A DNA stretch of 42,114 nt, the filler included, from an uncultured virus (IMG/VR IMGVR_UViG_2049941000_000086) (Duplodnaviria; Heunggongvirae; Uroviricota; Caudoviricetes). It is 12 parts of one record of this genome, joined end to end, with 100 filler letters (N's around TTAATTAATTAA, not from the genome) between each part and the next. Parts side by side here need not be neighbours in the genome. Positions count along the whole stretch, not along the records: positions 26,521 to 42,114 come from IMGVR_UViG_2049941000_000086; 11 more parts are not named here. The stretch is one strand, 5' to 3'. Under the pieces are notes generated by a model, which was given only the letters and a program-made list of their open reading frames with translations, had not been told where the DNA came from and ran no database searches. Below, piece by piece: positions 29,190-38,764 of the stretch (positions are counted from its first letter, which is position 1; the number at the start of each line of letters is the position of its first letter). A program made the translations under genes and the position numbers.

Positions 29190-29389
29190 TGGACCATATC
29201 GCAAAGCTGGAAGGAAGCAACGAATTCTTTGCCCGCCGCGCCGCCTACAATGCGAAGATCAAGCTTCGCCGGGGAGATACGTTCCGGGCACAGAAGCATC
29301 TGAACATAGCTGACGCCTGCCTCCGCGCCGGGGGTGTGACCGCTTCCACGGCGTCCAGCATAGCGGCCCTCAAAAAAACATTTTCGGAG

Positions 29390-29419
29390 GGGGTTGCATA
29401 ATCGTTTCCAAAATTACCG
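29390..29419 (+). promoter_or_regulatory. Repeated promoter-like motif, copy 5
   Basis: GGGGTTGCAT-AATCGTTTCCAAAA-TTACCG. Confidence 0.7.
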
Positions 29420-29441
29420 TAAAGAGCGTGGAACATCGCGC

Positions 29442-29470
29442 TTGCCCTGCGCCCGCTGCCCTGATATAAT
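29442..29470 (+). promoter_or_regulatory. Sigma-A-type promoter
   Basis: TTGCCC-N17-TATAAT with TGn extension. Confidence 0.65.
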
Positions 29471-29488
29471 CGGCTCGGAGGTGATACA

Positions 29489-29743
29489 ATGGGAAAGAAA
29501 AGCGCGGCGGCGATATCTGCGGACACGAAATTCGCAAGGGAGCATTACGACAGCATCCTGCTGAAGATCCCGAAGGGAACACGGGAAGGTCTGAAAGCTG
29601 CGGCGATAGCTGCGGGCGCTCCGTCAGTCAACGCCTATATAGCTTCGGTACTCGAAAAAGAAACCGGGCTGGAATTGGTATTGCGTGGGGAGCTTCCCTA
29701 CAAGCGCAAGACAGACAGCATCGAAAGCGAAACCGAAGAATAA
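29489..29743 (+). CDS. Arc/ribbon-helix-helix-like DNA-binding protein
   Basis: YDSILLKIPKGTREGLKAAA..AG..SVNAYI. Confidence 0.7.
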   Translation: MGKKSAAAISADTKFAREHYDSILLKIPKGTREGLKAAAIAAGAPSVNAYIASVLEKETGLELVLRGELPYKRKTDSIESETEE

Positions 29744-29750
29744 TTTCAAC

Positions 29751-29780
29751 GGGGTTGCATATCGCAATCCTGAATTACCT
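29751..29780 (+). promoter_or_regulatory. Repeated promoter-like motif, copy 6
   Basis: GGGGTTGCAT-ATCGCAATCCTGAA-TTACCT. Confidence 0.78.
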
Positions 29781-29852
29781 ATAAGAGCGAAGAAAACCGG
29801 CTTGTCCATCATGGACGGGCCGGTTGCTTACTTTGAGAAAGGAGAAATTGAT

Positions 29853-30272
29853 ATGGCACTGACCTGGGAATGGAAAGAAAAATGCGGAGAGGTTATCGTG
29901 GAACAGAAAACCGAAAGCGGGGACTGGCGGCAGTTCCCGCTTTCCCTTTACACCGGCAACGCTTTCCTCATCATGCTCTATGAGTATCAGGAGGACGGCA
30001 AAGACATGTATAGCCTGTATTCCTTCTGGTCCGACAAGCGCCACGCGCAGAACTGCCTCGGCCTGGACAAGAAAAACGGCTACACCGAAAACATCTATGC
30101 CAACAAGCCCTATGAGCGGTTCCTGAAGTTCCGGCTGGACAAGCGCAAGTGCCGCTACCTGAAGGATATCGTCTCCCTGCTGGCCCAGGCTTTCGACAAC
30201 ATCACCATTGAAATCTATTCGGAGGACGAGCAGCAGAATCTTACGGGGAGCAATAAACAAAGCGCAAAATAA
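29853..30272 (+). CDS. Hypothetical protein
   Basis: MALTWEWKEKCGE..., AAGGAG RBS. Confidence 0.8.
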   Translation: MALTWEWKEKCGEVIVEQKTESGDWRQFPLSLYTGNAFLIMLYEYQEDGKDMYSLYSFWSDKRHAQNCLGLDKKNGYTENIYANKPYERFLKFRLDKRKCRYLKDIVSLLAQAFDNITIEIYSEDEQQNLTGSNKQSAK

Positions 30273-30283
30273 AAATCAGGTGG

Positions 30284-30313
30284 GGGGTTGCATAGCGCAA
30301 TCCTGAGTTACCT
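30284..30313 (+). promoter_or_regulatory. Repeated promoter-like motif, copy 7
   Basis: GGGGTTGCAT-AGCGCAATCCTGAG-TTACCT. Confidence 0.78.
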
Positions 30314-30352
30314 ATAAAAGCGCACAGCAAAAAAGCGAAAGGAGAACACGAC

Positions 30353-30694
30353 ATGACCGCACCTGAATTTGGAGGAACCTTTTTCGACGTGGCCCGCTGC
30401 ATGGGCGCGAAAATGTACTGGGGTGCTCGCGGCGCGATCCGCTATGACCGCTATACCAAAAAGCGCTCCCTGGAAATCTACCCGGACCGGCAGGGCTTCA
30501 CGGCGGACGATACCACGGAAAAGCCTGCTTTCGTGGACTTCATCAACAACGAACTGATCCCCCATCTGGAAGAAAAGGTCCGGATGTATTCCACGGAGCG
30601 AATCAAGCTGGAAAGCGCGGACGGGAAATTCAAGGCGCTGGCGGAGGACCGCAATTCCGGCGGCTACCTCTACATCGGGGCCTGGGCCGTGTGA
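30353..30694 (+). CDS. Hypothetical protein
   Basis: 113 aa with AAGGAG RBS. Confidence 0.8.
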   Translation: MTAPEFGGTFFDVARCMGAKMYWGARGAIRYDRYTKKRSLEIYPDRQGFTADDTTEKPAFVDFINNELIPHLEEKVRMYSTERIKLESADGKFKALAEDRNSGGYLYIGAWAV

Positions 30695-30706
30695 AAGGAG
30701 GACACC

Positions 30707-30913
30707 ATGGACGTATTCGACTTCTGTAATCTCTGCACCGACGATACGGCGGAAGTCCGCATCTACGACATGAATCCCGCCGTCGAAAACGAGGTGTTCA
30801 AGGGGAGCATGTGGGACGCGCAGCAAAGCGCGTTCTCGGACCACGAAGTTCTCAGTTTCGACCAGGACCCCCGCGAAGGGCTGATTCTGAACATCGACAC
30901 GTCGGAATCCTGA
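30707..30913 (+). CDS. Small acidic protein
   Basis: 68 aa, D/E-rich, AAGGAGG RBS. Confidence 0.75.
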   Translation: MDVFDFCNLCTDDTAEVRIYDMNPAVENEVFKGSMWDAQQSAFSDHEVLSFDQDPREGLILNIDTSES

Positions 30914-30926
30914 AAGGAGGAACACC

Positions 30927-31208
30927 ATGAAGCTCACCTACTACAACAGTGCGAAGTTTGAGATGACCACCACGGTGGAGGTCTCAGCCATTCTCAGCAC
31001 CCCTGAGCCGGACGAACTCACCGACAATGACCGGGCGGCGCTTCGGTCCGGGGATATGATCCCAATGTGTAACTTCGCCGTCAAGGGGGATAACTACCCG
31101 GCCTCCGCGCATTGGATGGCCGTTCCCTGGAACTGGGTCATTGAGATCATCGAAGACTCCGGCGCTGGCTGGATAGCGTCCGGGAAAAGTCCCAGCGATT
31201 TTTATTAA
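30927..31208 (+). CDS. Hypothetical protein
   Basis: 93 aa with AAGGAGG RBS. Confidence 0.75.
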   Translation: MKLTYYNSAKFEMTTTVEVSAILSTPEPDELTDNDRAALRSGDMIPMCNFAVKGDNYPASAHWMAVPWNWVIEIIEDSGAGWIASGKSPSDFY

Positions 31209-31222
31209 AACTTTTTTCCAAC

Positions 31223-31252
31223 GGGGTTGCATTTCCCGTTTCTAAATTACCT
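31223..31252 (+). promoter_or_regulatory. Repeated promoter-like motif, copy 8
   Basis: GGGGTTGCAT-TTCCCGTTTCTAAA-TTACCT. Confidence 0.75.
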
Positions 31253-31304
31253 ATATAAGCGCCCCACGAAAAACTAAAAATCAAAACGAAAAGGAGAAAA
31301 CAAA

Positions 31305-32118
31305 ATGCCTGCTGAATTTGACGCTAAACTCGACACTATGATGTATGTCCGTGAAAAGCCGTGGCACGGCCTCGGTACGATGGTGATGGAAGCTCCCACC
31401 TCCGCCGACGCCCTGCGCCTGGCCGGTCTAGACTGGACCGTGGATCAGCGTCCGGTCTACCTGGAAAACGCCGCCGTCCCCGTCCCCAACTACAAGGCGA
31501 ATGTCCGGGACCGTGACGGCAAGGTGCTGGGCATCGTCACCGACCGCTATCAGGTAGTCCAGAACGCGGATGCCTTTTCCTGGACAGACGAACTGATCGG
31601 CGGCGACGTGCGCTACGAGACCGCCGGTTCCCTCCGGGAAGGGAAGAAAATCTGGCTGCTGGCGAAGATGCCCGCAGCGAAAGTCGCCGGGGATGATGTG
31701 GAGCCTTACCTCTGCTTCTCCAATACCCACGACGGCTCCGGCGCGGTGAAGGTCTGCATGACCCCCGTTCGAGTGGTGTGCAACAACACCCTCAACCTGG
31801 CGCTGAACTCCGCCAAGCGTTCCTGGGCCATGAAGCACGTCGGGGATATGACCGCCAAGCTGGACGAGGCCCGCCGCACCCTGGAGTTGGCCGACCGCTA
31901 CATGATGCACCTGGACGGCGCGGCCCTCCAGCTCGCCAACGTCACCGTCACCGACGAGAAGCTGGAGAAGATCCTGAGCGAAATGTTCCCTCTGAAAGAG
32001 GACGCCACTGAACGGCAGAAGAACACCGTCAAGGCGGTGAAGGACGAGTTCATGATCTGCTACTTCATGCCGGACCTGGCGAAGTTCCGGGGCACCGGCT
32101 GGGGGGTGGTGAACGCCA
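31305..32118 (+). CDS. DUF932 (TIGR03299-type phage/plasmid-like) protein; C-terminus displaced to 33050-33192
   Basis: REKPWHGLG..AGLDWTV..YQVVQN..YETAGSL..NTHDGS..TPVRVVCNNTLN. Confidence 0.92.
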
Positions 32119-32198
32119 NNNNNNNNNNTTCAGCGTCGCCCTTAAGAATAGCAAGCGAAACACAAATCGAACATCAAAAATCGAGAGGAGACACAAAC

Positions 32199-32721
32199 AT
32201 GAAAAAACTGACCTACGGCGTAAACGGCGCAAAGCTGAACAGCTACCTGAAGACGATCCGCAAGAGCGGGGAGGCGCTGGTCCTGCGAACGGTCCGCGAC
32301 GCCTACGACGAGGATCACGTCTGGCTGCTGACGCCTTACATGGCCCTGAGAGTTCCGGCAGGCTGGATATACAAGGAAGTCATGCAGCCCTACACCCTGA
32401 CGGACGCGCCGGATTTCGGTGGCTGGAAGGACCTCCAGGGCGGCAGCCGGGACGGGGATAGCCTGGTCCGGGCCGTGGAGGACATCATGGCAAAAGCAGA
32501 TCGGACGGCGAAAAACACCGGCTTCACGGCGGAGCTTTGCGGAGCGAAAGCAGGGGCAAAGCAGGTGCGGGTCTTCGCCCTGGAAGACGGGACGCCGGTG
32601 GCCGTCAACGAGGACATGGCGGCCATCTTCGAGCGCGGGCAGTTCGTCACCTATCGCGGAACGACGAGCACCGGGGCCATCGTCGTTGAGGGGGAATACA
32701 TAAAGGGCATCTTGCTTCCGG
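32199..32721 (+). CDS. Hypothetical protein (3' end in gap)
   Basis: MKKLTYGVNG..., GAGGAG RBS. Confidence 0.75.
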
Positions 32722-33274
32722 NNNNNNNNNNNNNNNNNNNNNNNNNNNNNNNNNNNNNNNNNNNNNNNNNNNNNNNNNNNNNNNNNNNNNNNNNNNNNNN
32801 NNNNNNNNNNNNNNNNNNNNNNNNNNNNNNNNNNNNNNNNNNNNNNNNNNNNNNNNNNNNNNNNNNNNNNNNNNNNNNNNNNNNNNNNNNNNNNNNNNNN
32901 NNNNNNNNNNNNNNNNNNNNNNNNNNNNNNNNNNNNNNNNNNNNNNNNNNNNNNNNNNNNNNNNNNNNNNNNNNNNNNNNNNNNNNNNNNNNNNNNNNNN
33001 NNNNNNNNNNNNNNNNNNNNNNNNNNNNNNNNNNNNNNNNNNNNNNNNNATATGGTGGACCACTCCAAGCCCCGGCGCGATACCGGAAACTACCGGGAGA
33101 ACAACTGGGCCCGGATCATGGACGGACACGAGCTGGTGGATCGCGTGACGGCGAAGGTCATGGATATGGTGGGCGGCCTGGTCCTGGCCTGACAAAACAC
33201 AAGGCGGGGAGGAAAAATCCTCCCCGCCTACAAGGAAGGGAGAGCGAAAANNNNNNNNNNGAAAGGAGAACAAT

Positions 33275-33850
33275 ATGGGTCAGCGTTCACAAATCTACCT
33301 GCGCCATAACGGCGACCTGGTATTCGCCAACTACTACCAGTGGAACTACGGGGAGCGCATGGTTTCCCGCGCCCGCTGGGGAATCGGCTATATCAAGCTT
33401 TTCGCGGAAAAGGGCTATGAATGGGTGTTCCGTGACCCGGCCTACGTCCTGAAAATGCGCCGCTTCTTTGACGTGAACTTCGATATGCACGACATTCAGA
33501 TTTCTTCTGACATTCTCAAAGAGCGTGAAGAACAGTTCCCTGACGAGGATTTCAACGACTTTGTATTCGACGCGCAGGACAACAACGACGGTCAGCTTTT
33601 TGTGGATATTCGCGGGGAAAAAATCTTCTACGCCTTCACGGACGGATACCGCATCCGCAAGATCATGGACGCCGAAGCCTATATGGAATGGGATGCCGGT
33701 GACTGGCGCAACAGTGAGTATATCAAGCCGGAAATGAAAGCCGCCTGCGAGGCGAACATCAAGGCCATTTCCGAAATGGCAGAACTGATGACCCCCGAAC
33801 AGCTTGAGGATTTCGTCCACGGCTACAGCGACCCCGTGAAGCCGTTCTGA
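33275..33850 (+). CDS. Hypothetical acidic protein
   Basis: 191 aa, MGQRSQIY...YYQWNYGERM; AAGGAG RBS. Confidence 0.8.
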   Translation: MGQRSQIYLRHNGDLVFANYYQWNYGERMVSRARWGIGYIKLFAEKGYEWVFRDPAYVLKMRRFFDVNFDMHDIQISSDILKEREEQFPDEDFNDFVFDAQDNNDGQLFVDIRGEKIFYAFTDGYRIRKIMDAEAYMEWDAGDWRNSEYIKPEMKAACEANIKAISEMAELMTPEQLEDFVHGYSDPVKPF

Positions 33851-33864
33851 GAAAGGAGCAACCT

Positions 33865-34191
33865 ATGAACTACGCCTATATTCTGTCTCAGCTTCCCATT
33901 TCTGACGACCGCTGTTTCCTGGACTATGAAAGCATCGTCGAGCATTTCGGCTCCGTCGATCCTGCCGGATATGTCTACGCCGACGCCGGGATCGTCGAAG
34001 CGGACACGCCGCAGGAAGCCTGCGAAAAGCTCTTTGAAATTTACAACATCAACCATCCTGCCGACTATGAGGGGCGCAGCATGAGCGTCAGCGACATCGT
34101 AAAGCTGTCCTCTGACGAATCCCCCTTCTGCCGTGACCTCTGGTTCTGTGACAGCATCGGCTTCAAGAAATTGGAGCAGCGCAGAGCATGA
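33865..34191 (+). CDS. YodL domain protein
   Basis: EKLFEIYNINHPADYEGRSMSVSDIV...WFCDSIGF. Confidence 0.88.
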   Translation: MNYAYILSQLPISDDRCFLDYESIVEHFGSVDPAGYVYADAGIVEADTPQEACEKLFEIYNINHPADYEGRSMSVSDIVKLSSDESPFCRDLWFCDSIGFKKLEQRRA

Positions 34192-34456
34192 AATCCATAT
34201 CCGGTAAATTCTCCCGCGTTTCCGCCACGGACTACCATGACGGCGTTGTGCTTGTCGGTCTCTGCGGCAACGTGTGGCCCCACGATCTTACCACCGAGCA
34301 GAAATACCACATCATGAATTTTTATAACATGAACCCCTGCCGAATCACTCTCTGCGCCGAGTGGCCGGAGGGAATAGAGCCCGCCTATCCTGCGGCCAAA
34401 AAGAATTTCATAAACGGTTTCGTTCTTCTGGAAAAGCTTGACCCCCAGCCGAATCC

Positions 34457-34486
34457 TTGACACCCGCTCCCCCGCCGTGATACATT
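34457..34486 (+). promoter_or_regulatory. Sigma-A-type promoter
   Basis: TTGACA-N18-TACATT with TGn. Confidence 0.5.
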
Positions 34487-34527
34487 TTTCGAAGAACAAA
34501 AATTGAGTACAGAAAGGAAGTAGATAT

Positions 34528-35066
34528 ATGACCCTTCTTGACCTTATTCGCAAGCTGCACAGCGAGGGCAAGCCCGCCGTCGCCTATGATCTTTTCATTT
34601 GTGAAAACTCCCTGATGGAGCCGGAGGAGGCGGTGAGCGTCGGTGATACCGATACCACCGTCCGCATCGTCGATCCCTTCATCCCCCCGCAGTATCTCAG
34701 CCTCGGCGACTTTCCCTCTTATGTCTATGTGGAGGACGCCAAGACCTACAAGAAGCTGACGCATCTGAAAGAGAAAATTCCCACCCGCTATCCACGCCTG
34801 CTGGTGGCGCTGGCTTCTGACCGCAACGCCGGTTTCTATAAGCGGTACAAGGGGAAGAACTGGAAGGACATTCCTCCCATAGAAGTCCAGTGGGCCACGG
34901 AAGACAATCTCGTGGAACTCCTGCTGGATAAGGGCGGAAACTTCCGGGAGATGGCCTACGCCGGTTACGAGGGCATCGACGACGCCGTGACCTATTATCC
35001 CGTCCGCTCCCCCTATGGTGCTGTCTTCTCCTGGCAGGGGGACATCACCCGCGACCCGCTCCCCGA
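34528..35066 (+). CDS. Hypothetical protein (3' end in gap)
   Basis: Long open frame with RBS. Confidence 0.7.
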
Positions 35067-35095
35067 NNNNNNNNNNCAAAATAAAATTTGTAGCC

Positions 35096-35124
35096 GGGTT
35101 GCATTTCCCGTTTCAGCGTTACCT
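35096..35124 (+). promoter_or_regulatory. Repeated promoter-like motif, copy 9
   Basis: GGGTTGCAT-TTCCCGTTTCAGCG-TTACCT after AAAATAAAATTT. Confidence 0.72.
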
Positions 35125-35162
35125 CTTAAGGCGCACAGAAAAAATCTGAAAGGAGCTACCGA

Positions 35163-35405
35163 ATGAAAATCACCTACGGGAAAGACACCACCCGCTACTA
35201 CGACATTCACGGAGAAGAAATCCACGACGGCGACACCGTTCTTTTGGACGGTCACGAAAAGAAAGTCTACCTGACCGAACAGGGCTACCTTGGCACGGAC
35301 GCGACGAACCCTGCGTGGGTGGATTCCGGACGCGCCGCCCCGTGCGAGTACGGCGTCTATACCTTCTGCGAAGGGGACGAGCCGGAACTGGTGAGAAAGG
35401 AGTAA
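35163..35405 (+). CDS. Hypothetical protein (YopX-like DxxGxEIxxGD motif)
   Basis: YYDIHGEEIHDGDTVL. Confidence 0.7.
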   Translation: MKITYGKDTTRYYDIHGEEIHDGDTVLLDGHEKKVYLTEQGYLGTDATNPAWVDSGRAAPCEYGVYTFCEGDEPELVRKE

Positions 35406-35410
35406 CCAAT

Positions 35411-35623
35411 ATGACCTACCACTATTTCTGCGGCAACTGCGGACACCGCTTCGCATCCGAAAAACCGGAGCGCGATTCCAAAGGCTACCTCAACGAAATC
35501 CCCTGCCCTTCCTGCGGCGCACACGACACCTACCCGGACACCCCATCCGGCGCGGCAAAGAGTGTCCTGGACCAGCTCGATTACGAAGATCGCCTGATTG
35601 AGCAGCGGGAAGATACCGACTGA
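35411..35623 (+). CDS. Small zinc-ribbon protein (FmdB-like)
   Basis: YFCGNCGHRF...CPSCG. Confidence 0.7.
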   Translation: MTYHYFCGNCGHRFASEKPERDSKGYLNEIPCPSCGAHDTYPDTPSGAAKSVLDQLDYEDRLIEQREDTD

Positions 35624-35757
35624 TCTCCCCCCCCATCTTACGGAGCGCACCCCATCATAGTATAATGCAAACGAATTGAATTTTTCGGATTTGAAAAAAC
35701 GAGCCTTGCCCCACCGGGCGAGGCTCGGAATTTNNNNNNNNNNAGGAGGAAATTGTT

Positions 35758-35970
35758 ATGACCCTTTATGAACTCACAAATCAGACCACCATTCAGGGTG
35801 ATGTCCGTGTCTCCAAGTTCGACGAGAACGGCGTAGAGGACTATCTTCTGTTCGCGCAGGGAACCGACGATCTCGCCTCCGAACTCCCGGAGGAATACGA
35901 AAATCTCACCGTGAAGTACATCTACAACGGCGAAGATGGCGTTCACATCGAAGTGACCGACGAAAACTGA
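35758..35970 (+). CDS. Small highly acidic protein
   Basis: 70 aa, D/E-rich, AGGAGG RBS. Confidence 0.75.
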   Translation: MTLYELTNQTTIQGDVRVSKFDENGVEDYLLFAQGTDDLASELPEEYENLTVKYIYNGEDGVHIEVTDEN

Positions 35971-35984
35971 AAGGAGGAACCCTC

Positions 35985-36505
35985 ATGCCTGACTACAAGC
36001 GCGGAGAAATCTACTATGTCGCCCCCAACTATTCCGAGACCGGCTCCGAGATATGGAGCGGACGCCCCGCCGTCATCGTCTCTAACGACGAGCTGAACCG
36101 CTGCCGCAACTGCGTTGAGGTTGTCTACCTCACCACCCGCCCGAAGCAGGATTCGCCCAGCCATGTGATCCTCCACGCCACGGGAAAGCAGTCCACCGCC
36201 CTGTGCGAGCAGATTTCCACCGTGGACAAGGTGCGCATGACGTTCAGCGGCAGCTCCCCCTGCGCCTGCTCGAAGAAAGAGCTGGCGGAAATCGACGCCG
36301 CCCTGCTGTACTCCCTGTCGCTGGACGCCCCTGCCCCGGTGACGACGCTGGANNNNNNNNNNNNNNNNNNNNNNNNNNNNNNNNNNNNNNNNNNNNNNNN
36401 NNNNNNNNNNNCAAGACCCGTCTGCTGGCCGAGCGCGATATCTACAAGCGCATGTACGAAGACCTGCTGGAACGCTTCACCGGCGTCGTCAGCGTAGGCG
36501 CGTGA
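35985..36505 (+). CDS. PemK/MazF-family protein with C-terminal extension (spans a gap)
   Basis: KRGEIYYV..GSEI..GRPAVIVSND..VVYLTT..ALCEQISTVDK; tail AERDIYKRMYEDLL after the gap. Confidence 0.88.
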
Positions 36506-36817
36506 AAGGCGGAGGTAAAAAAATGAGCTATATGTTCTGCGAAAATCAAACCGAATCCATCGAGCTGGCGCAGAAAGCGAAAGAGCGTGTCCCGCTCCTG
36601 CTGGAAGAACTCAGCCACTATGTCCGTTCAGACAAAGAAATCACCATCGAAGTCAGCCGCGTGTGGCACGGGATGTATTGGTCGGTGGAAGCTGACCTCC
36701 TGTTCGGCGGTGAAGTCGTGCGCCATTATGAAGCCTTTGACCTTCTGGAACTGGAGCTTAACGAGTGGGAGCTTTCCATCCTGTGTCAGAACAGAGCGAA
36801 GAAAGGAGCGTGAGAAT

Positions 36818-37024
36818 ATGTCTGAGCTGAAGCCTTGCCCTTTCTGCGGCGCTGACCCCATCATGGAGACCTTCACCACGGCGGCGGAGAAAGTCCCCCG
36901 CTACCGCATTCGCTGCCCCGCCTGCCGGATCGAATCCGACTGGGACTGGTTCGACCCGGACGAGCTGGCGAAGCTGTGGAACACGCCGAAGCGAAACGGA
37001 GAAGAAAGCGAGGATACACCATGA
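36818..37024 (+). CDS. Lar family restriction alleviation protein
   Basis: MSELKPCPFCG...IRCPAC...AKLWN. Confidence 0.85.
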   Translation: MSELKPCPFCGADPIMETFTTAAEKVPRYRIRCPACRIESDWDWFDPDELAKLWNTPKRNGEESEDTP

Positions 37025-37436
37025 CCCTATACGAGAAGATCAAAAACAAATCCCCCGAAGAACTGGCAGAGCTGTTCGCCGCCCGCGATATTGCCCTGAC
37101 GGATATCATCTTCAAACAGGTCGAAAGAACCCTGCTCGAAAAGCGCGGAATCAGAATCGACCTCACCAAGAACTTCAAACCCGATCTTCTTGCCACGAAA
37201 CAGGAAGTGCTGAGGTTGCTGAACACGGAGGTGCCCGATGCCGAAGAATAAACCGTCTCTTCGCCCCGGCCGCCAGTCAAAGAAGCGAGACCCGGAACAG
37301 CTCTACAATACTCTGTGCGGGATGTACCCGCAGTACATGGCGGAAGAATACTTCAAGAAGCTGATGGGCTATGCGCCCCCGCAGGAGTGGCGCAGGCCAG
37401 AACCCACGCTGCATATCTTTTCGGAGGAGGAAAAAC

Positions 37437-37826
37437 ATGGAACGACTGACTGAAAAGCACTGGAGGAATCTTGACCCGTGGGAATGCTGCGGTCAGGACA
37501 ACTATTGCCAGCGCGGTTGCCACGACCAAGGCGGGTGTGCCAACGGGTGCTTAGTCCCCAAGATCTATTGTCGCCTCGCCCGTTACGAGGACGAAGTTGA
37601 GAAAGGGCACATCGTCCTTTGCCCCTGCAAGGTTGGCGACATGGCGTATTACATTCGTGGCACGACGATTTACGGAGACACCGTTGAGCGGATCATCATT
37701 GACGGCATCGACAATCAGATCGTCCTGAACGCCAACCGCGCCTACCTGTTCTGCGACGTGGGGGGAAATCTGTTCTTCTCCTACGCCGAAGCGGAGGCGG
37801 CCCTCAAAAAACGAAAGGAGGAATGA
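37437..37826 (+). CDS. Hypothetical phage protein
   Basis: MERLT..RLARYED..PCKVGD..FFSYAEAEAAL; homologous to the fragment at 8559-8839. Confidence 0.8.
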   Translation: MERLTEKHWRNLDPWECCGQDNYCQRGCHDQGGCANGCLVPKIYCRLARYEDEVEKGHIVLCPCKVGDMAYYIRGTTIYGDTVERIIIDGIDNQIVLNANRAYLFCDVGGNLFFSYAEAEAALKKRKEE

Positions 37827-38056
37827 TTATGGTATGGGATAACGTAGCATGGTCTCGTGAGGTTGGAAAGACCTTGGAAGAACGCGGTTTCTTAGGAATT
37901 GCCCAAAAAAACTACGAAATTGCGGGTGAGCTGGAAAGGCTCCGCTCAGACCTCCGACTCTGCCGCAACGAACTTTGCCTCCGCTGTGGCAACTACAAGC
38001 TCGCCCACAAGGGAGCCTGCGACGGGTGCAGGTGGAAGGACATGGGGGATTGACCT

Positions 38057-38467
38057 ATGCCCAAATCAAAAAAAGCGAAGCACGGCTCCGGCAAGCCCCA
38101 CAAGCCGAAGTCCCTGACCTATGACCCGGTTTACACCGACGGTCTCACCGACGATCTCCGCAACGCCCTGAAAGCCAAGCTGACCCTCAAGGAACTGATC
38201 GACCTTGAACTCCAGCTACGCAAGGCCGTGGAGCAGACCGCCCGCCGCGCCACCTTCGATACCCATAAATGCACCTGGGCTGTTTGCCTGCGTGTTCTTC
38301 ACGATAGATTCGGCTTTGAATCCGAGCAGAAGAAGCAGCTCTACGATTGGTCGATAGAATACCTCAAGGATATCCGGGACGGCAGGCTGACATTGAAAGA
38401 GATGCTTAATACCTTGGAGAACGAAGATAATGTGCGCCTCACCTGGGACGACGAGGAGGATCTATGA
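38057..38467 (+). CDS. Hypothetical phage protein
   Basis: 136 aa, VLHDRFGF motif; homologue begins at 553. Confidence 0.8.
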   Translation: MPKSKKAKHGSGKPHKPKSLTYDPVYTDGLTDDLRNALKAKLTLKELIDLELQLRKAVEQTARRATFDTHKCTWAVCLRVLHDRFGFESEQKKQLYDWSIEYLKDIRDGRLTLKEMLNTLENEDNVRLTWDDEEDL

Positions 38468-38667
38468 GCAAACTTTACGCTTACGGTATGCGTCTTCGCG
38501 GTTTCTCCCCCGGCTGCCAGCCGATGGACGGATTAGTGGAGCGCGTCGATTCCAGCACGGAAAAATACTACGACATCCTGCTTTACAATCGCCCTCTGAC
38601 CGAAAAGGAGATTTCCGACTACGAACTGACACCAATCCCAACCATCGACTGGCGTGACAGAGGGTAA
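38464..38667 (+). CDS. DarA C-terminal-like (defence against restriction) small protein
   Basis: YGMRLRGFSPGCQP...YYDILLYNRPLTEKEISDYEL. Confidence 0.7.
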   Translation: MSKLYAYGMRLRGFSPGCQPMDGLVERVDSSTEKYYDILLYNRPLTEKEISDYELTPIPTIDWRDRG

Positions 38668-38689
38668 TCCACACTTCGCGCCACAAAAA

Positions 38690-38728
38690 TAAATCCTCCG
38701 GGCTGCTTCCATTCCCCCGGAGGATTTG
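38690..38728. terminator. Terminator-like hairpin
   Basis: AAATCCTCCGGG...CCCGGAGGATTT. Confidence 0.55.
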
Positions 38729-38764
38729 CTATCATCAAAACAAAAATCGAAAAGGAGAAATCAC

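Noticed and set aside
31305..33452. 715-aa DUF932 fusion, or an insertion element splitting DUF932
   Set aside because: All junctions are N gaps and the DUF932 C-terminus (MVDHSKPRRDTGNYRENNW...) reappears at 33050-33192; scaffold mis-ordering is the simplest explanation
24009..35124. CRISPR array, dif-like sites or integron attC sites for the repeated motif
   Set aside because: Copies are hundreds to thousands of nt apart, internally variable, only weakly palindromic (GGT...ACC) and no cas genes are present; promoter-like geometry fits better
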